The position numbers and the translations under genes are program-made. Under the pieces are notes generated by a model. That model was given only the letters and a program-made list of their open reading frames with translations. It was not told the DNA's origin and made no database searches. A stretch of 63,460 nt of DNA, the filler included. It is 4 parts of 4 records of this genome, joined end to end, with 100 filler letters (N's around TTAATTAATTAA, not from the genome) between each part and the next. Parts side by side here need not be neighbours in the genome. Positions count along the whole stretch, not along the records: positions 22,741 to 48,621 come from SRR31156797_23114; positions 48,722 to 54,894 come from SRR31156797_23151; positions 54,995 to 63,460 come from SRR31156797_23160; 1 more part is not named here. One strand, given 5' to 3'. Shown here one piece after another: positions 47,001-56,778 of the stretch (position 1 is the stretch's first letter; each line of letters begins with the position of its first letter).

Positions 47001-48621
47001 GTGAAGATACAGAATAAAAGCAATTCGACGAAATTAAGGCCTTGGGTATTCTACCCCTCGTTTATTCTGCTTGTACTGACGGTGGTTCTCAACTTCAGCA
47101 GCTATAACAGCTTTATCCGTATCACTACGGCAGCCAAAGACTTTATGGTGGGTGACGCGGGCTGGCTTTTCAGCATTGCCGGTGTCCTATGCGTTATAAC
47201 GATTATCTTTGCGTATTTCTCTCCCCTGGGGGCAGTTAAACTGGGAGGTCCGGACGCCGTGCCCCTTCTCAGAAAACCGACCTGGTTCGCCGTAACCCTC
47301 TGCACCACTATCGCGGCGGGGATCCTCTTCTGGGGTACGGCCGAACCCATGTGGCACCTCGCGTATCCCCCTGAATCACTGGGGATTGAGCCACTGTCTG
47401 CTGATGCGGCCAAGTTTGCCATGGAGACGATGTACCTTCACTGGACCTTCATCCCCTATGCCATCTATGCCGTTCCCGTTATCGTATTCGCCTTCGCCTA
47501 TTATAATATGCGGCGCAGCTTCAGCGTCGGCTCGCAGATTTCCCCCCCTCATTAGCGAAGGGCGGCAGAAAAGAATTGACGGCATCATCGACGCCATCGT
47601 TCTTTTTACCGTCGCCGCGGGGATCTCCTCTTCCTTCGGTACGGCCGTAATGAATATGGGTGGAGGCCTGAACGCTCTGTTCGGCCTTGATAACAGCAAG
47701 GGCTTATGGATTGTCATCACATTGATCGGGACGGCGGCCTTTATCATCTCTTCAGGCACGGGCTTGATGAAGGGCATCCGTATCCTTTCTGATATCAATG
47801 TCTACCTCTACTACATCATAATCGCAATGCTTCTCATACTGGGACCTGCAGCCTATTTTTTCAGCTTTGGAACCGAAGCGTTCGGCGGCTTCATAGACAA
47901 CTTCTTCAGCAAGGCCCTGTTCACGGGAGCCGCATCCGGTGACGGCTGGGCGTCCGGATGGACCATGTTCTACTGGTCCAACTGGATGGCCTGGGCACCT
48001 GTTTCAGCAGTATTCCTGGCAAGGATTGCCTACGGATATACCGTCAGAGAGGTGGTGACCATGAATTTCATCGTACCCAGCCTCTTCAGCACTGTCTGGA
48101 TGACCATACTCTCTGGCACCACACTGAATTTTCAGATGACCGGCAGGGTGGATATACTCTCCATTATGAACGAACAGGGTTCGGGAGCAGCCGCGTATGC
48201 CGTTCTGGGAGAGTTTCCTCTTGCCGGCTTGCTCATAGCCATCTACCTGATCGCCGTCATGATCTCATTCATCACGGCAACAGACTCAACCACCAATGCC
48301 ATGGCCAGCATCTGCACCTCCGGAATAAAAGAGGGAGGTCAGGAAGCGCCGCTCATGATCAAGATCATATGGGGCATCATCATCGGTTCGGTATCCCTGG
48401 TATTTATAACGACACTCGGCCTTGACGGCATAAAAATGATGTCCTATCTGGGTGGTTTCCCCGCTCTCTTTTTGGGCCTGCTCAGCATTGTCTCTCTTAT
48501 GGTGATCATGAGAAAGCCATGGAAGTATGACAGATACATGCAGAACAAAGAGGACAGGGCTGACAGTAAAAGCACGGAAAAGGCGAAACCGGAGACCTAT
48601 TCCATTCAAACCGAGAATTCC
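47001..48621 (+). pseudogene. BCCT-family (betaine/carnitine/choline) transporter, frameshifted at a C7 run; 3' end runs into contig edge
   Basis: First frame has ILFWGTAEP and HWTF. Second frame has WTMFYWSNWMAWAP..FLARIAYG and FITATDS. Deleting one C at 47542-47548 joins the frames (SQISPLISEG). Confidence 0.85.
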
Positions 48622-48721
48622 NNNNNNNNNNNNNNNNNNNNNNNNNNNNNNNNNNNNNNNNNNNNTTAATTAATTAANNNNNNNNNNNNNNNNNNNNNNN
48701 NNNNNNNNNNNNNNNNNNNNN
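48622..48721. other. artificial contig linker
   Basis: 44 N + TTAATTAATTAA + 44 N. Confidence 0.99.
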
Positions 48722-49099
48722 TGCATAACGAACCATTCGTTATCAGAGGCTGTGTGAGTGTGTATCTCTTCATGAGACATGTAAGTTTGATACATCAGAT
48801 ATCTCTTTTCTGTCAAGAAAAATCGACACTCTAAACGGCACATTTTTGACAACCAATTATCATTTAACTTCAAAAGGTTATATTTGTAAGTCAAAATCAG
48901 CTTTTTACGGCGCCTGCGTGAAGACAGGATGATAAATAATTAATATTTAACTCTTGAATAGTAAAATCTCTAAAATACAAAAGCAGAAACCATTTTCTGA
49001 AATATCAACTATTCAATTACGCATAAAACAAACACCTATTCTTATGCGTTGTTTTTCCAATACCAACATCAAAGATCCGAACCATCATCCCGCTCTATT

Positions 49100-49148
49100 A
49101 ACCGCGGCCCGTCCGGTTGTGTTTCAGTAAAAACCCGGGGCCGCGGTT
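49100..49148 (-). terminator. GC-rich hairpin downstream of the USP gene
   Basis: AACCGCGGCCC...GGGCCGCGGTT inverted repeat, 6 nt past the stop codon. No strong U-tract. Confidence 0.5.
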
Positions 49149-49154
49149 TAGCGG

Positions 49155-49625
49155 CTAATATACAAAAAAGACCGAGCACTCGGCTTCGTGCAACACATGA
49201 TTGCTTACGCTGCCGACCAGAATGTCCCTCAAGGCGCTGCGCCTTGTTCTCCCGACAACGATCAGGTCCGCGCCCCAGGCATTGGCGTGTTCCACCATCT
49301 GCCGGCCGGCATTTCCGACTTCAACCACGGATTTGAAAGAAACGCCCCGTTCCTCAGCGGTTTTTCCAAGACCGTCCAGCCAGGCCCGGACATGCTCAAG
49401 ATCTTGTTTTCTCAGTGAATCCCTTTTCTCGAAACCAATGGATTGATTGAGTTCCGTCGCCGCTCCGACACGATCCTCCAGTTCAGCCACGGTGTCCTGA
49501 GGAAGGCAGTGAAAAAGCCTTATCCGGGCCCCCTCCTTTTCAGCCAACCTGATCGCCCTCTCAAATACGGGGGAATCGCTCTTTGTATCCCTGTCTATTC
49601 CCACCAGGATTTTCTTTATTTCCAT
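49155..49625 (-). CDS. universal stress protein
   Basis: Motifs KKILVGID, ADLIVVG, LVGSVSNHVLHEAECSV. Confidence 0.93.
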   Translation of the reverse strand: MEIKKILVGIDRDTKSDSPVFERAIRLAEKEGARIRLFHCLPQDTVAELEDRVGAATELNQSIGFEKRDSLRKQDLEHVRAWLDGLGKTAEERGVSFKSVVEVGNAGRQMVEHANAWGADLIVVGRTRRSALRDILVGSVSNHVLHEAECSVFFVY

Positions 49626-49676
49626 AAGTTTAACCTCTTTTAAACCAAGTCGCCGCTCTTAAAATAATACGGGCTT

Positions 49677-50711
49677 TTATTCCTCTATGGCCCTGATCAA
49701 AAAAGTAGCATTAACTGCTTTCATGAACGCCTCTCTGGGAGGCAGGTCCTTGACCACGCCCTGGTCGGCCAGAAAATCCGCGGTCTCTTTCAAGACAGTG
49801 TACAACCCGAAATTCCAATGTGCTCCGCCGAAATACTTGCCCTCATTCTGTTCCATGGCCGTAAGAGGAATAAGACCCTTCATCTGATTTTCCGCATCTT
49901 CCAGGGGCATGCCCAATTCCTGGGCTATGGCCTTGGCTGCTGCGTCCGGCTTGGCCTTAATATATTTAACGGCGCGATCCAGCATTTTCAAATACAGCAC
50001 CACTGCCCGGGGATATTTTTCCCCGAATTCCGTCCTGACCACGCCGAGGTCTCCGGTAGGGAAACCCTTTTCAGCCAGGCTTCTGCTGGTCAGAATAACC
50101 TTACCCCCGTCTTCAATCATGCTCGCCAAAGTCGGCATCCAAATGAAGCCGGCGTCTATCTCGCCTTTCTTCCAGGCGGCCAGCATATCCCTGGGTTCCA
50201 AGTGAATCATAGTCACTTTTCTGCTGTCGACCCTATTTAGCATGAGCGCGACCATAAGATGATAATCGGTCGTTGATCCAAAAGGAGCGGCCACGGTCTT
50301 GCCGACCAAATCCTTGACAATGTTTATCCCGCTGTCCTTTTTCACCACAAGGGCTTCATTGTCTCCGATAATGTCGTGAATCCAAATGACTTGCAGAGGT
50401 ATTCCATTGGCAATGCCCGCAGCGGTCGGGCTCGTGCCCAACAGAGCCATGTCCAAGGCGCCGGCGGTAAGGGCCTGGTGAGCCTGCATGCCCGATGAAA
50501 CCGGAACCCACTTGACCGGGCGGCCCAGGGCCTGTTCATACCAGCCAAGGTTTTTCATGACTATTTCCGCGGTTGGAAACGCCTGGTACCCGATAACAAC
50601 CTGATCAGGCAGATCATCTTCCCCGGCAACCGCAGGTGTTGAAAACCCGCAGAGGAATAAAGCCGTCGACGCCAGGAAAACCAACACAAGACGTGATACA
50701 AAGGAGCCCAT
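49677..50711 (-). CDS. tauA: taurine ABC transporter substrate-binding protein
   Basis: Signal peptide, IGYQ, IGDNEALVV, APFGSTTDYH, AAWKKGEIDAGFIW. Taurine gene context. ATG 50711 after GGAGG. Confidence 0.8.
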   Translation of the reverse strand: MGSFVSRLVLVFLASTALFLCGFSTPAVAGEDDLPDQVVIGYQAFPTAEIVMKNLGWYEQALGRPVKWVPVSSGMQAHQALTAGALDMALLGTSPTAAGIANGIPLQVIWIHDIIGDNEALVVKKDSGINIVKDLVGKTVAAPFGSTTDYHLMVALMLNRVDSRKVTMIHLEPRDMLAAWKKGEIDAGFIWMPTLASMIEDGGKVILTSRSLAEKGFPTGDLGVVRTEFGEKYPRAVVLYLKMLDRAVKYIKAKPDAAAKAIAQELGMPLEDAENQMKGLIPLTAMEQNEGKYFGGAHWNFGLYTVLKETADFLADQGVVKDLPPREAFMKAVNATFLIRAIEE

Positions 50712-50868
50712 GGAATCCTCCTTTCCCAATTCCCATTTCCCGCTTTTACCAAGCGGGCGGTTAGGGCCGCGGGCCTTTTGCCGATTCAATAGTGAACCCA
50801 TGGCCCGCCGCCTTTTATTCAGGCGGGTTTGAGCATTCGAAACTCAATGCCCTCCTTTGCTACGGCTG

Positions 50869-52416
50869 TTAACCGGCCACGCAACTCCTGACGGACTGCG
50901 CCTCGGGTTTTTTAACTTCCGCGCCTTCACCATCCTGATAAATTCCCGTGGGCGGTGCGGTGCGTATGGTAGCTATCTTGTTTTGAGTGAAAAAGTCTAT
51001 TCCATCCTTGCCCTGCACTTTGTCCGTGCCCAAATGCGAGTCTTTTATGCCTCCAAAGGGAAGGTACGGATGCGGAGCGCAAATGCCGACATTTACCCCG
51101 ACCATGCCAACGTTGGCTTCCGCGATGAACTTTTCGGTGTAGTGGAGGTTCTGTGTGAATATGCAGGCGCCATTTCCGAATTCCTGCTGCCGTATGAGTT
51201 GCAGGGCGTCGTCAATGTCTGCGATCTTTACAACCGAGACAACCGGTCCAAAGATCTCTTCCTGGTAGATTGTCCTGCAGGGTGTTACGTCCGTAAAAAT
51301 GGTCGGACCGACGTAATAGCCGTCCTTGTCCTTTACGTCCGGGTTCCTTCCGTCCAGAACCAGGTTGGAACCGCCTTCGATCCCTATTTCAATATATCTC
51401 TCAATTTTGCTTTTTGCATCCGCCGAAATGACCGGTCCCATATAAACATCCGGATCCATTGCGTTTCCGACTTTAACTTCTTTTGAAGCTTCGACCATTT
51501 TTTCGATTACTTCGTCATATACTTCCGGGACAACCGCCACAATCGATCCGGCGAGACACCTTTGTCCGGCGGAACCGTAACAGGAATTAAGGAAGTTTTC
51601 GATAAAGACGTCCATCTGAAGATCTTCCATGGCGACCAGTAAATTCTTGGCCCCGCCCAACAGCATGGTTCTCTTGCCGCCTCTGCCGCAGCCTTCGGCT
51701 ATCTTTTTAGCGGTAGGAGTCGATCCGACCAGGCAGACGCCGGTCATTTTAGGATGTTCGTACCAGCTCTCCGGGACCTTACGATTGCCGTGGATGATAT
51801 TGACCACGCCTTTTGGCAGCCCGATATCGGTGAAGATTTCGCCCATTTTCTGCATGAACAAAGGCGACTGGGTGGAGGGCTTGAAAATGAAGGTGTTGCC
51901 CGTTCCAATGGCATAAGGCACAAACCAGCCGTATACAAGAGCAGGGAAGTTAAACGGGGCAACCCCGCCGAAAACGCCCAGGGGCTGCTTGATTACTCTG
52001 CCGGATATGTTTGATGCAATACCTTCCAGGGTTTCTCCCTGAATAAGAGTCGGAATGCTGCAGGCGGCCTCAAGAATCTGAACGACCCTCATGACCTCGC
52101 CCCTGGCCTCGCTTATATGCTTGGCCTGATCCACGGCAATTGAAAAAGCCAGTTCTTCCATATTTTCAAGCATTGCCTGGCGCATATCGAATATATAGCC
52201 TATCCTTTTGCCGATAGGCAGCTTCCTCCAGGCGTCATATGCCGCGTATGAAGATTCCACAGCCGCCATCGATGTATCATTTGATGACAGCGGAACCTCG
52301 CCGATCTGCTCGCCTGTTGAAGGATTATATAGAGGAACGTAGTCTACTCCGGTCTCCTCGACCCACTCTCCGTCTATATAGTTTTTAATCCTTGTAAACT
52401 CGATAGAATTGCTCAT
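50869..52416 (-). CDS. CoA-acylating (methyl)malonate-semialdehyde dehydrogenase family protein
   Basis: Motifs APFNFP, FKPS, VGSTP, GGAKN, GSAGQRCLA, EEIFGPV, GMVGVNV, FGGIKDS. Confidence 0.88.
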   Translation of the reverse strand: MSNSIEFTRIKNYIDGEWVEETGVDYVPLYNPSTGEQIGEVPLSSNDTSMAAVESSYAAYDAWRKLPIGKRIGYIFDMRQAMLENMEELAFSIAVDQAKHISEARGEVMRVVQILEAACSIPTLIQGETLEGIASNISGRVIKQPLGVFGGVAPFNFPALVYGWFVPYAIGTGNTFIFKPSTQSPLFMQKMGEIFTDIGLPKGVVNIIHGNRKVPESWYEHPKMTGVCLVGSTPTAKKIAEGCGRGGKRTMLLGGAKNLLVAMEDLQMDVFIENFLNSCYGSAGQRCLAGSIVAVVPEVYDEVIEKMVEASKEVKVGNAMDPDVYMGPVISADAKSKIERYIEIGIEGGSNLVLDGRNPDVKDKDGYYVGPTIFTDVTPCRTIYQEEIFGPVVSVVKIADIDDALQLIRQQEFGNGACIFTQNLHYTEKFIAEANVGMVGVNVGICAPHPYLPFGGIKDSHLGTDKVQGKDGIDFFTQNKIATIRTAPPTGIYQDGEGAEVKKPEAQSVRSCVAG

Positions 52417-52584
52417 TTAACCTCTCCCCGCCGGTTATTTTTCGCTTTGGGCCTTTTAAGGCCTTTTTTTAATTCTTTTTTTGGATATCGGTTCTCGGGC
52501 CCGGGCAATCGGCCGCCCGGGTCCGTTTTTCATCGCCAATGCCGGAAATCATCCTGGTTCCGGGCAAAGACGAGTTGTTGACTA

Positions 52585-53955
52585 TTATGCTTCGACGAAC
52601 TTGTCGCCTTCTTCAAGGGCCTTGTCCATAATGGCAATGCCTTCGTCAATTTCATCCTTGGTGATGATCAACGCAGGCGCCATGGCGATTACGTTGCCCG
52701 GGTTGGCGGCCATGGCCATCATCCCCAGTTCGCCCAGTTTCTTCGCCACTTCGAGCTTGGGATTCATGCCCGGCTGAACCTTGGCGGCCAGGGGCATAAT
52801 CGGCTCCCTGGTCTTCTTGTTTTTGACCAGCTCAAGACCGACAAACAGGCCGAGCCCGCGCACGTCGCCGACGCAGGGGTGTTTATCCTTGAGTTCCATG
52901 GCTTTTTCCAGCAGGTACTGCCCCATCTTCTCGGAGTTTTCGATAAGATTGTCTTCCTGGTAAATCTGGATAACCCTGATAGCCGCGGCGCAGCAAAGCG
53001 CGTGTCCGGCGTAGGTGGCGCCATGGCTGAAAAACTGATCCTTGAACTTGTCGCCGATTTCCTTCTTGGTGACGGCCGCGCCCAATGGAAGGTATCCGGC
53101 CGTGGATCCCTTGGCCAAGGTCATGATATCCGGGACGACATTCCAGTGATCCATGGCGAACCACTTGCCGGTGCGGCCGAAACCTGTCATGACTTCATCT
53201 GCGATCATCAGGATGCCGTGCTTGTCGCAGACTTCCCTCAAACGCGGGAAGTATTCGGGCGGCGGCACGATAATGCCGTTGGCGCCGGTTACTGGTTCGG
53301 CGATTATCGCGGCGACCAGGTCTCCGCTGCCTTCCATTTCCACGACTTCATCAATGTACTTGACGCACTGAAGGTCGCAATCGGGGTATTTCTGCCCAAA
53401 CATGCAGCGGTAACAATAAGGCTGCGGAACGCGGATCATTTCCGTTCCGCCGAGAACCTGGGCCCAGTTGCGGGCGTCGCCGATGGACAGGCTCATGGAA
53501 GTCGCGGTGGCTCCGTGATAAGTCCTGAACCTGGTCACGATCTTGCGGCGGCCGGTGTACTGATGGGCCATTTTGATCGCGGCTTCATTGGCTTCGGTTC
53601 CGCCCAGGTGGATGAACGATCTGGACAGGTCGCCGGGAGTCACTTCGGCCAGCATTTTACCCAAAAGGGCGCGCGGCTTGGTCGAATTGCTGGGGGCGAA
53701 GGAACACAGTTCCTGGGCCTGTGCGCAGATTGCGTCTACTACGCGCTGGTCCTGATGGCCTATATTATGGCTGACGAAACATGAGCTGAAATCGAGGCGC
53801 TCTCTTCCGTCTTCAGTTTTGAACCTGGTTCCCTTGGCCCAGGTCACCCGAGGAGGCGACACCTTGGGCAGGTATGTCCACGATTGAAATATATTTTCGG
53901 TTTCATAGCGGTCGAGATCTTCTTTTTCCGCCGGAATGTTTTTTAGGTCTATCAT
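52585..53955 (-). CDS. class III PLP aminotransferase, probable taurine (or beta-alanine):pyruvate aminotransferase
   Basis: Motifs GTEANE, YHG, AEPVTG, ADEVMTGFGRTG, PDIMTLAKG, HGATYAGH. Downstream of xsc. Confidence 0.85.
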   Translation of the reverse strand: MIDLKNIPAEKEDLDRYETENIFQSWTYLPKVSPPRVTWAKGTRFKTEDGRERLDFSSCFVSHNIGHQDQRVVDAICAQAQELCSFAPSNSTKPRALLGKMLAEVTPGDLSRSFIHLGGTEANEAAIKMAHQYTGRRKIVTRFRTYHGATATSMSLSIGDARNWAQVLGGTEMIRVPQPYCYRCMFGQKYPDCDLQCVKYIDEVVEMEGSGDLVAAIIAEPVTGANGIIVPPPEYFPRLREVCDKHGILMIADEVMTGFGRTGKWFAMDHWNVVPDIMTLAKGSTAGYLPLGAAVTKKEIGDKFKDQFFSHGATYAGHALCCAAAIRVIQIYQEDNLIENSEKMGQYLLEKAMELKDKHPCVGDVRGLGLFVGLELVKNKKTREPIMPLAAKVQPGMNPKLEVAKKLGELGMMAMAANPGNVIAMAPALIITKDEIDEGIAIMDKALEEGDKFVEA

Positions 53956-54063
53956 CTTAAAATACTCCTGGTTTTGGAGAACAACACCCTGTCTTTTCAG
54001 GGCCTGTGTTCGCTAACGGAGCGAAAGGCCATTCGGCCTCCGCCCCGCATTGTTAACCTGGTA

Positions 54064-54894
54064 TTAGAGGTTAAGGTGTTTGTATTTGGGCAGCAAGTTG
54101 AAAGCAGGATTAAGAGCATCCCTGCGGAAAGGCTCTGCCAAAACGTTTTCGCCGCCTTCGATCATGGCATTGATGACGCAGGGTTTGCCGGAGGCAATAG
54201 CGTCTTTTACCACGTCCTGAACGTCGTTGTAATCGTCGACCAGGTAGCCCTTGGCGCCCATGACTTCGGCCAGTTTGGCGTAGTCCGGGTTTTCCCTCAG
54301 GTTGCTGCCCACGAAGCGGTTGTTGTAGTAGTCGATCTGGTTCTTTTTCTCAGCGCCCCATTCCAGGTTGTTGGCCACAACGGCTATAACCGGAATGTTT
54401 TCGCGGACCGCGGTCATTACTTCGGCAATGCCGCTGATGCCGTAAGCGCCGTCGCCCTGGAAGGCGAAGACCGGAGCTTCGGGTTTGACCAGCTTGGCTC
54501 CCAGGGCCGCGCCGTATGCGAAGCCGCAGTTGCCCCAGCTCAGAGCGGAGATATGCTGGCGCACGCCGCCGAACTTGAAGTAGGAGTTGCACATGGAAGA
54601 GTTGTTGCCGATGTCGGTGGCCACAATGCTGTTATCGGGCATGGCCAGGGACAGTTCGCGCAGGAAGCGGCGGGGATGCATCAGCTTGTTGGTTGATGTT
54701 GACCATTCTTCCAGCTCGTCGCCCCAGATTTTCTTTTCCTTTTCAATGTCTTCCAAGCGGGCGGAGTCGGGGGTCAGGCCGGGTTTCATTTCCTTAATGG
54801 TTTTGAACAGTTCGGCGCTGTATTCCTTGACGTCGGCGCAGGAAGCAACGTCCACCTTCATGCTGAGTCCCAGCACGCTGGTGTCCACGTCGAC
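54064..54894 (-). CDS. xsc: sulfoacetaldehyde acetyltransferase, C-terminal part (5' end lost at contig edge)
   Basis: Motifs TDIGN, GNCGFAY, the ThDP motif GDGAYG...NN, and the Xsc-typical WGAEKKNQIDYYNNRFVG and EPFRRDAL. Confidence 0.9.
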   Translation of the reverse strand, partial: VDVDTSVLGLSMKVDVASCADVKEYSAELFKTIKEMKPGLTPDSARLEDIEKEKKIWGDELEEWSTSTNKLMHPRRFLRELSLAMPDNSIVATDIGNNSSMCNSYFKFGGVRQHISALSWGNCGFAYGAALGAKLVKPEAPVFAFQGDGAYGISGIAEVMTAVRENIPVIAVVANNLEWGAEKKNQIDYYNNRFVGSNLRENPDYAKLAEVMGAKGYLVDDYNDVQDVVKDAIASGKPCVINAMIEGGENVLAEPFRRDALNPAFNLLPKYKHLNL

Positions 54895-54994
54895 NNNNNN
54901 NNNNNNNNNNNNNNNNNNNNNNNNNNNNNNNNNNNNNNTTAATTAATTAANNNNNNNNNNNNNNNNNNNNNNNNNNNNNNNNNNNNNNNNNNNN
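54895..54994. other. artificial contig linker
   Basis: 44 N + TTAATTAATTAA + 44 N. Confidence 0.99.
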
Positions 54995-54996
54995 CA

Positions 54997-56778
54997 GGCG
55001 CCGTCATGGGGGCTAAAAATCTGAAAGCCGTCGTCGCCCGGGGAAAGTCGGTCAGGTATGAACCTGTAGATCCTGATTTTTTTGCCCGGACAAACCGGAA
55101 AGCAAAGAAATACATCCTGCGCAATGGTATGACGAAATCCTACCGGGCCTATGGAACGAACTCCAGCGTCCGCTTCGGAATAAAGAGCGGTTTTTCCCCG
55201 GTCCGAAACTTCCGGGACCGTTACAGTACTGAAACAGAAAAGACCTCCGGCGAGACTATGGAGGTGAGGTATCAAACAAGGCACTCAGCCTGCCGCCACT
55301 GTTCGGTCCTCTGCGGTCACAAGGGCCGCTACCCCGACGGGAAGATCCGGCAGATTCCGGAATACGAAACCATAGGGATGTTCGGATCCAATATTGAAAA
55401 CTACGATCCTGATATCATCGGCCAATGGAATGAGCTGATGAACGATCTGGGACTGGATACCATCTCCACCGGCGGCACCATCGCCTGGGCCATGGAGGCT
55501 GCGGAGAAAGGACTGCGCCCCTCGGAACTGACCTTCGGCCGAACCGACAATATTGCCGGTATCCTGGAAGACATTGCCATGCGCCGGGGAGAGGGGGATG
55601 AGCTGGCCGAAGGGAGCCGGGATTTAAGCCGGAAGTACGGGGGAGAGGAGTTCGCCATCCAAGTGAAGGGCCTTGAGTGCGCCGCCTACGATCCCCGGGC
55701 GAGCTGGGGCCACGGCCTGGGCTACGCGGTCTACAACAAGGGGGGCTGTCATCTGGGCTCCTACCTGGTCTCCCTGGAGGTCCTTAAAGGGTATATGCCC
55801 GCCCTCACCACCCTCGGGAAGGCCGACTGGGTTATCTTTATGGAGGATCTCTTCACAGGGGTCAACTCCCTGCAGGTCTGCCTTTTTTCGGTCTTCGGCA
55901 TCCTCACCGAACCGCCCATCCCGAAATACCTGCCGACCTTTGTTTTGAAGGCGGCCACAATCACCCTGCCGAAGGTCGCCCAGGCCCTGATGGACTGGTC
56001 CATCCTGAGCGGGTACTTCTGGTCGGTTACGGGGATCAGAATGAACAAGTGGGATTTCCTGAAAGCCGGCCGGCGGATCAATAAACTGGAGAGGTGGATG
56101 AACGTCCAGATGGGACTGACTCCGGATACCGACACCCTGCCGGCCCGTTTTACAGAAGAGAAGGAGACCAAATACCCGGGTAAGAATACGGTTGTCCCCC
56201 TGGAGAAGATGGTCCGGCAGTACTACCGGAAAAGGGGCTACGGCGCCAACGGAGGCCCCCCCGCGGCCGCAGCGGGAGTTCTGTTCGGAGGCCGGGAAGA
56301 AAAATCAAGCCAAGCCGAGATCATTATCCCCTACCGCCGCACCGGAAAACCGGTGAAGCAACTCTACTGTTCGGTGATCATGGCCGTCCTGGGCTGGTTT
56401 ATCCCGGTTATCGCCTGCCGGAAGGAGGGAGTCAGGGAGGAGATCCGGGCCTTTCCCGAAGAGTTCACTCTGCGGCTGGGCGTCCGACCCGCCGGTCCGT
56501 CTGTCGCCTTCCGGAGGGTCGGCGACAGGTTTGTTCGGTTAAGAAGCCGCACAGCTCCGGTCGATCTGGAAGTGGCCCTGAAGAGCATCGACGCCGCCTG
56601 GCTGATGTTCACATTTCAGGAGTCCACCTGTTCGGCCGAAGCCAATGACAGGCTTATAGCCCTCGGCGAACTGCCACACACCTGCACCTTTATCAGGCTT
56701 ATGGATAAGGTCGAAACTCTGCTGCTGCCGAAATTCATCGCGAAGCGGGCGGTTAAAAAATGGGAGAAGGTCAAATGA
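54997..56778 (+). CDS. tungsten aldehyde:ferredoxin oxidoreductase family protein (5' truncated) with extra C-terminal domain
   Basis: Motifs GAVMGAKNLKA, CRHCSVLC, PEYET, GLDTISTG, VKGLE.AAYDPR, GGCH, DTLPARF, YYRKRG, followed by ~170 further residues. Confidence 0.9.
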   Translation, partial: GAVMGAKNLKAVVARGKSVRYEPVDPDFFARTNRKAKKYILRNGMTKSYRAYGTNSSVRFGIKSGFSPVRNFRDRYSTETEKTSGETMEVRYQTRHSACRHCSVLCGHKGRYPDGKIRQIPEYETIGMFGSNIENYDPDIIGQWNELMNDLGLDTISTGGTIAWAMEAAEKGLRPSELTFGRTDNIAGILEDIAMRRGEGDELAEGSRDLSRKYGGEEFAIQVKGLECAAYDPRASWGHGLGYAVYNKGGCHLGSYLVSLEVLKGYMPALTTLGKADWVIFMEDLFTGVNSLQVCLFSVFGILTEPPIPKYLPTFVLKAATITLPKVAQALMDWSILSGYFWSVTGIRMNKWDFLKAGRRINKLERWMNVQMGLTPDTDTLPARFTEEKETKYPGKNTVVPLEKMVRQYYRKRGYGANGGPPAAAAGVLFGGREEKSSQAEIIIPYRRTGKPVKQLYCSVIMAVLGWFIPVIACRKEGVREEIRAFPEEFTLRLGVRPAGPSVAFRRVGDRFVRLRSRTAPVDLEVALKSIDAAWLMFTFQESTCSAEANDRLIALGELPHTCTFIRLMDKVETLLLPKFIAKRAVKKWEKVK

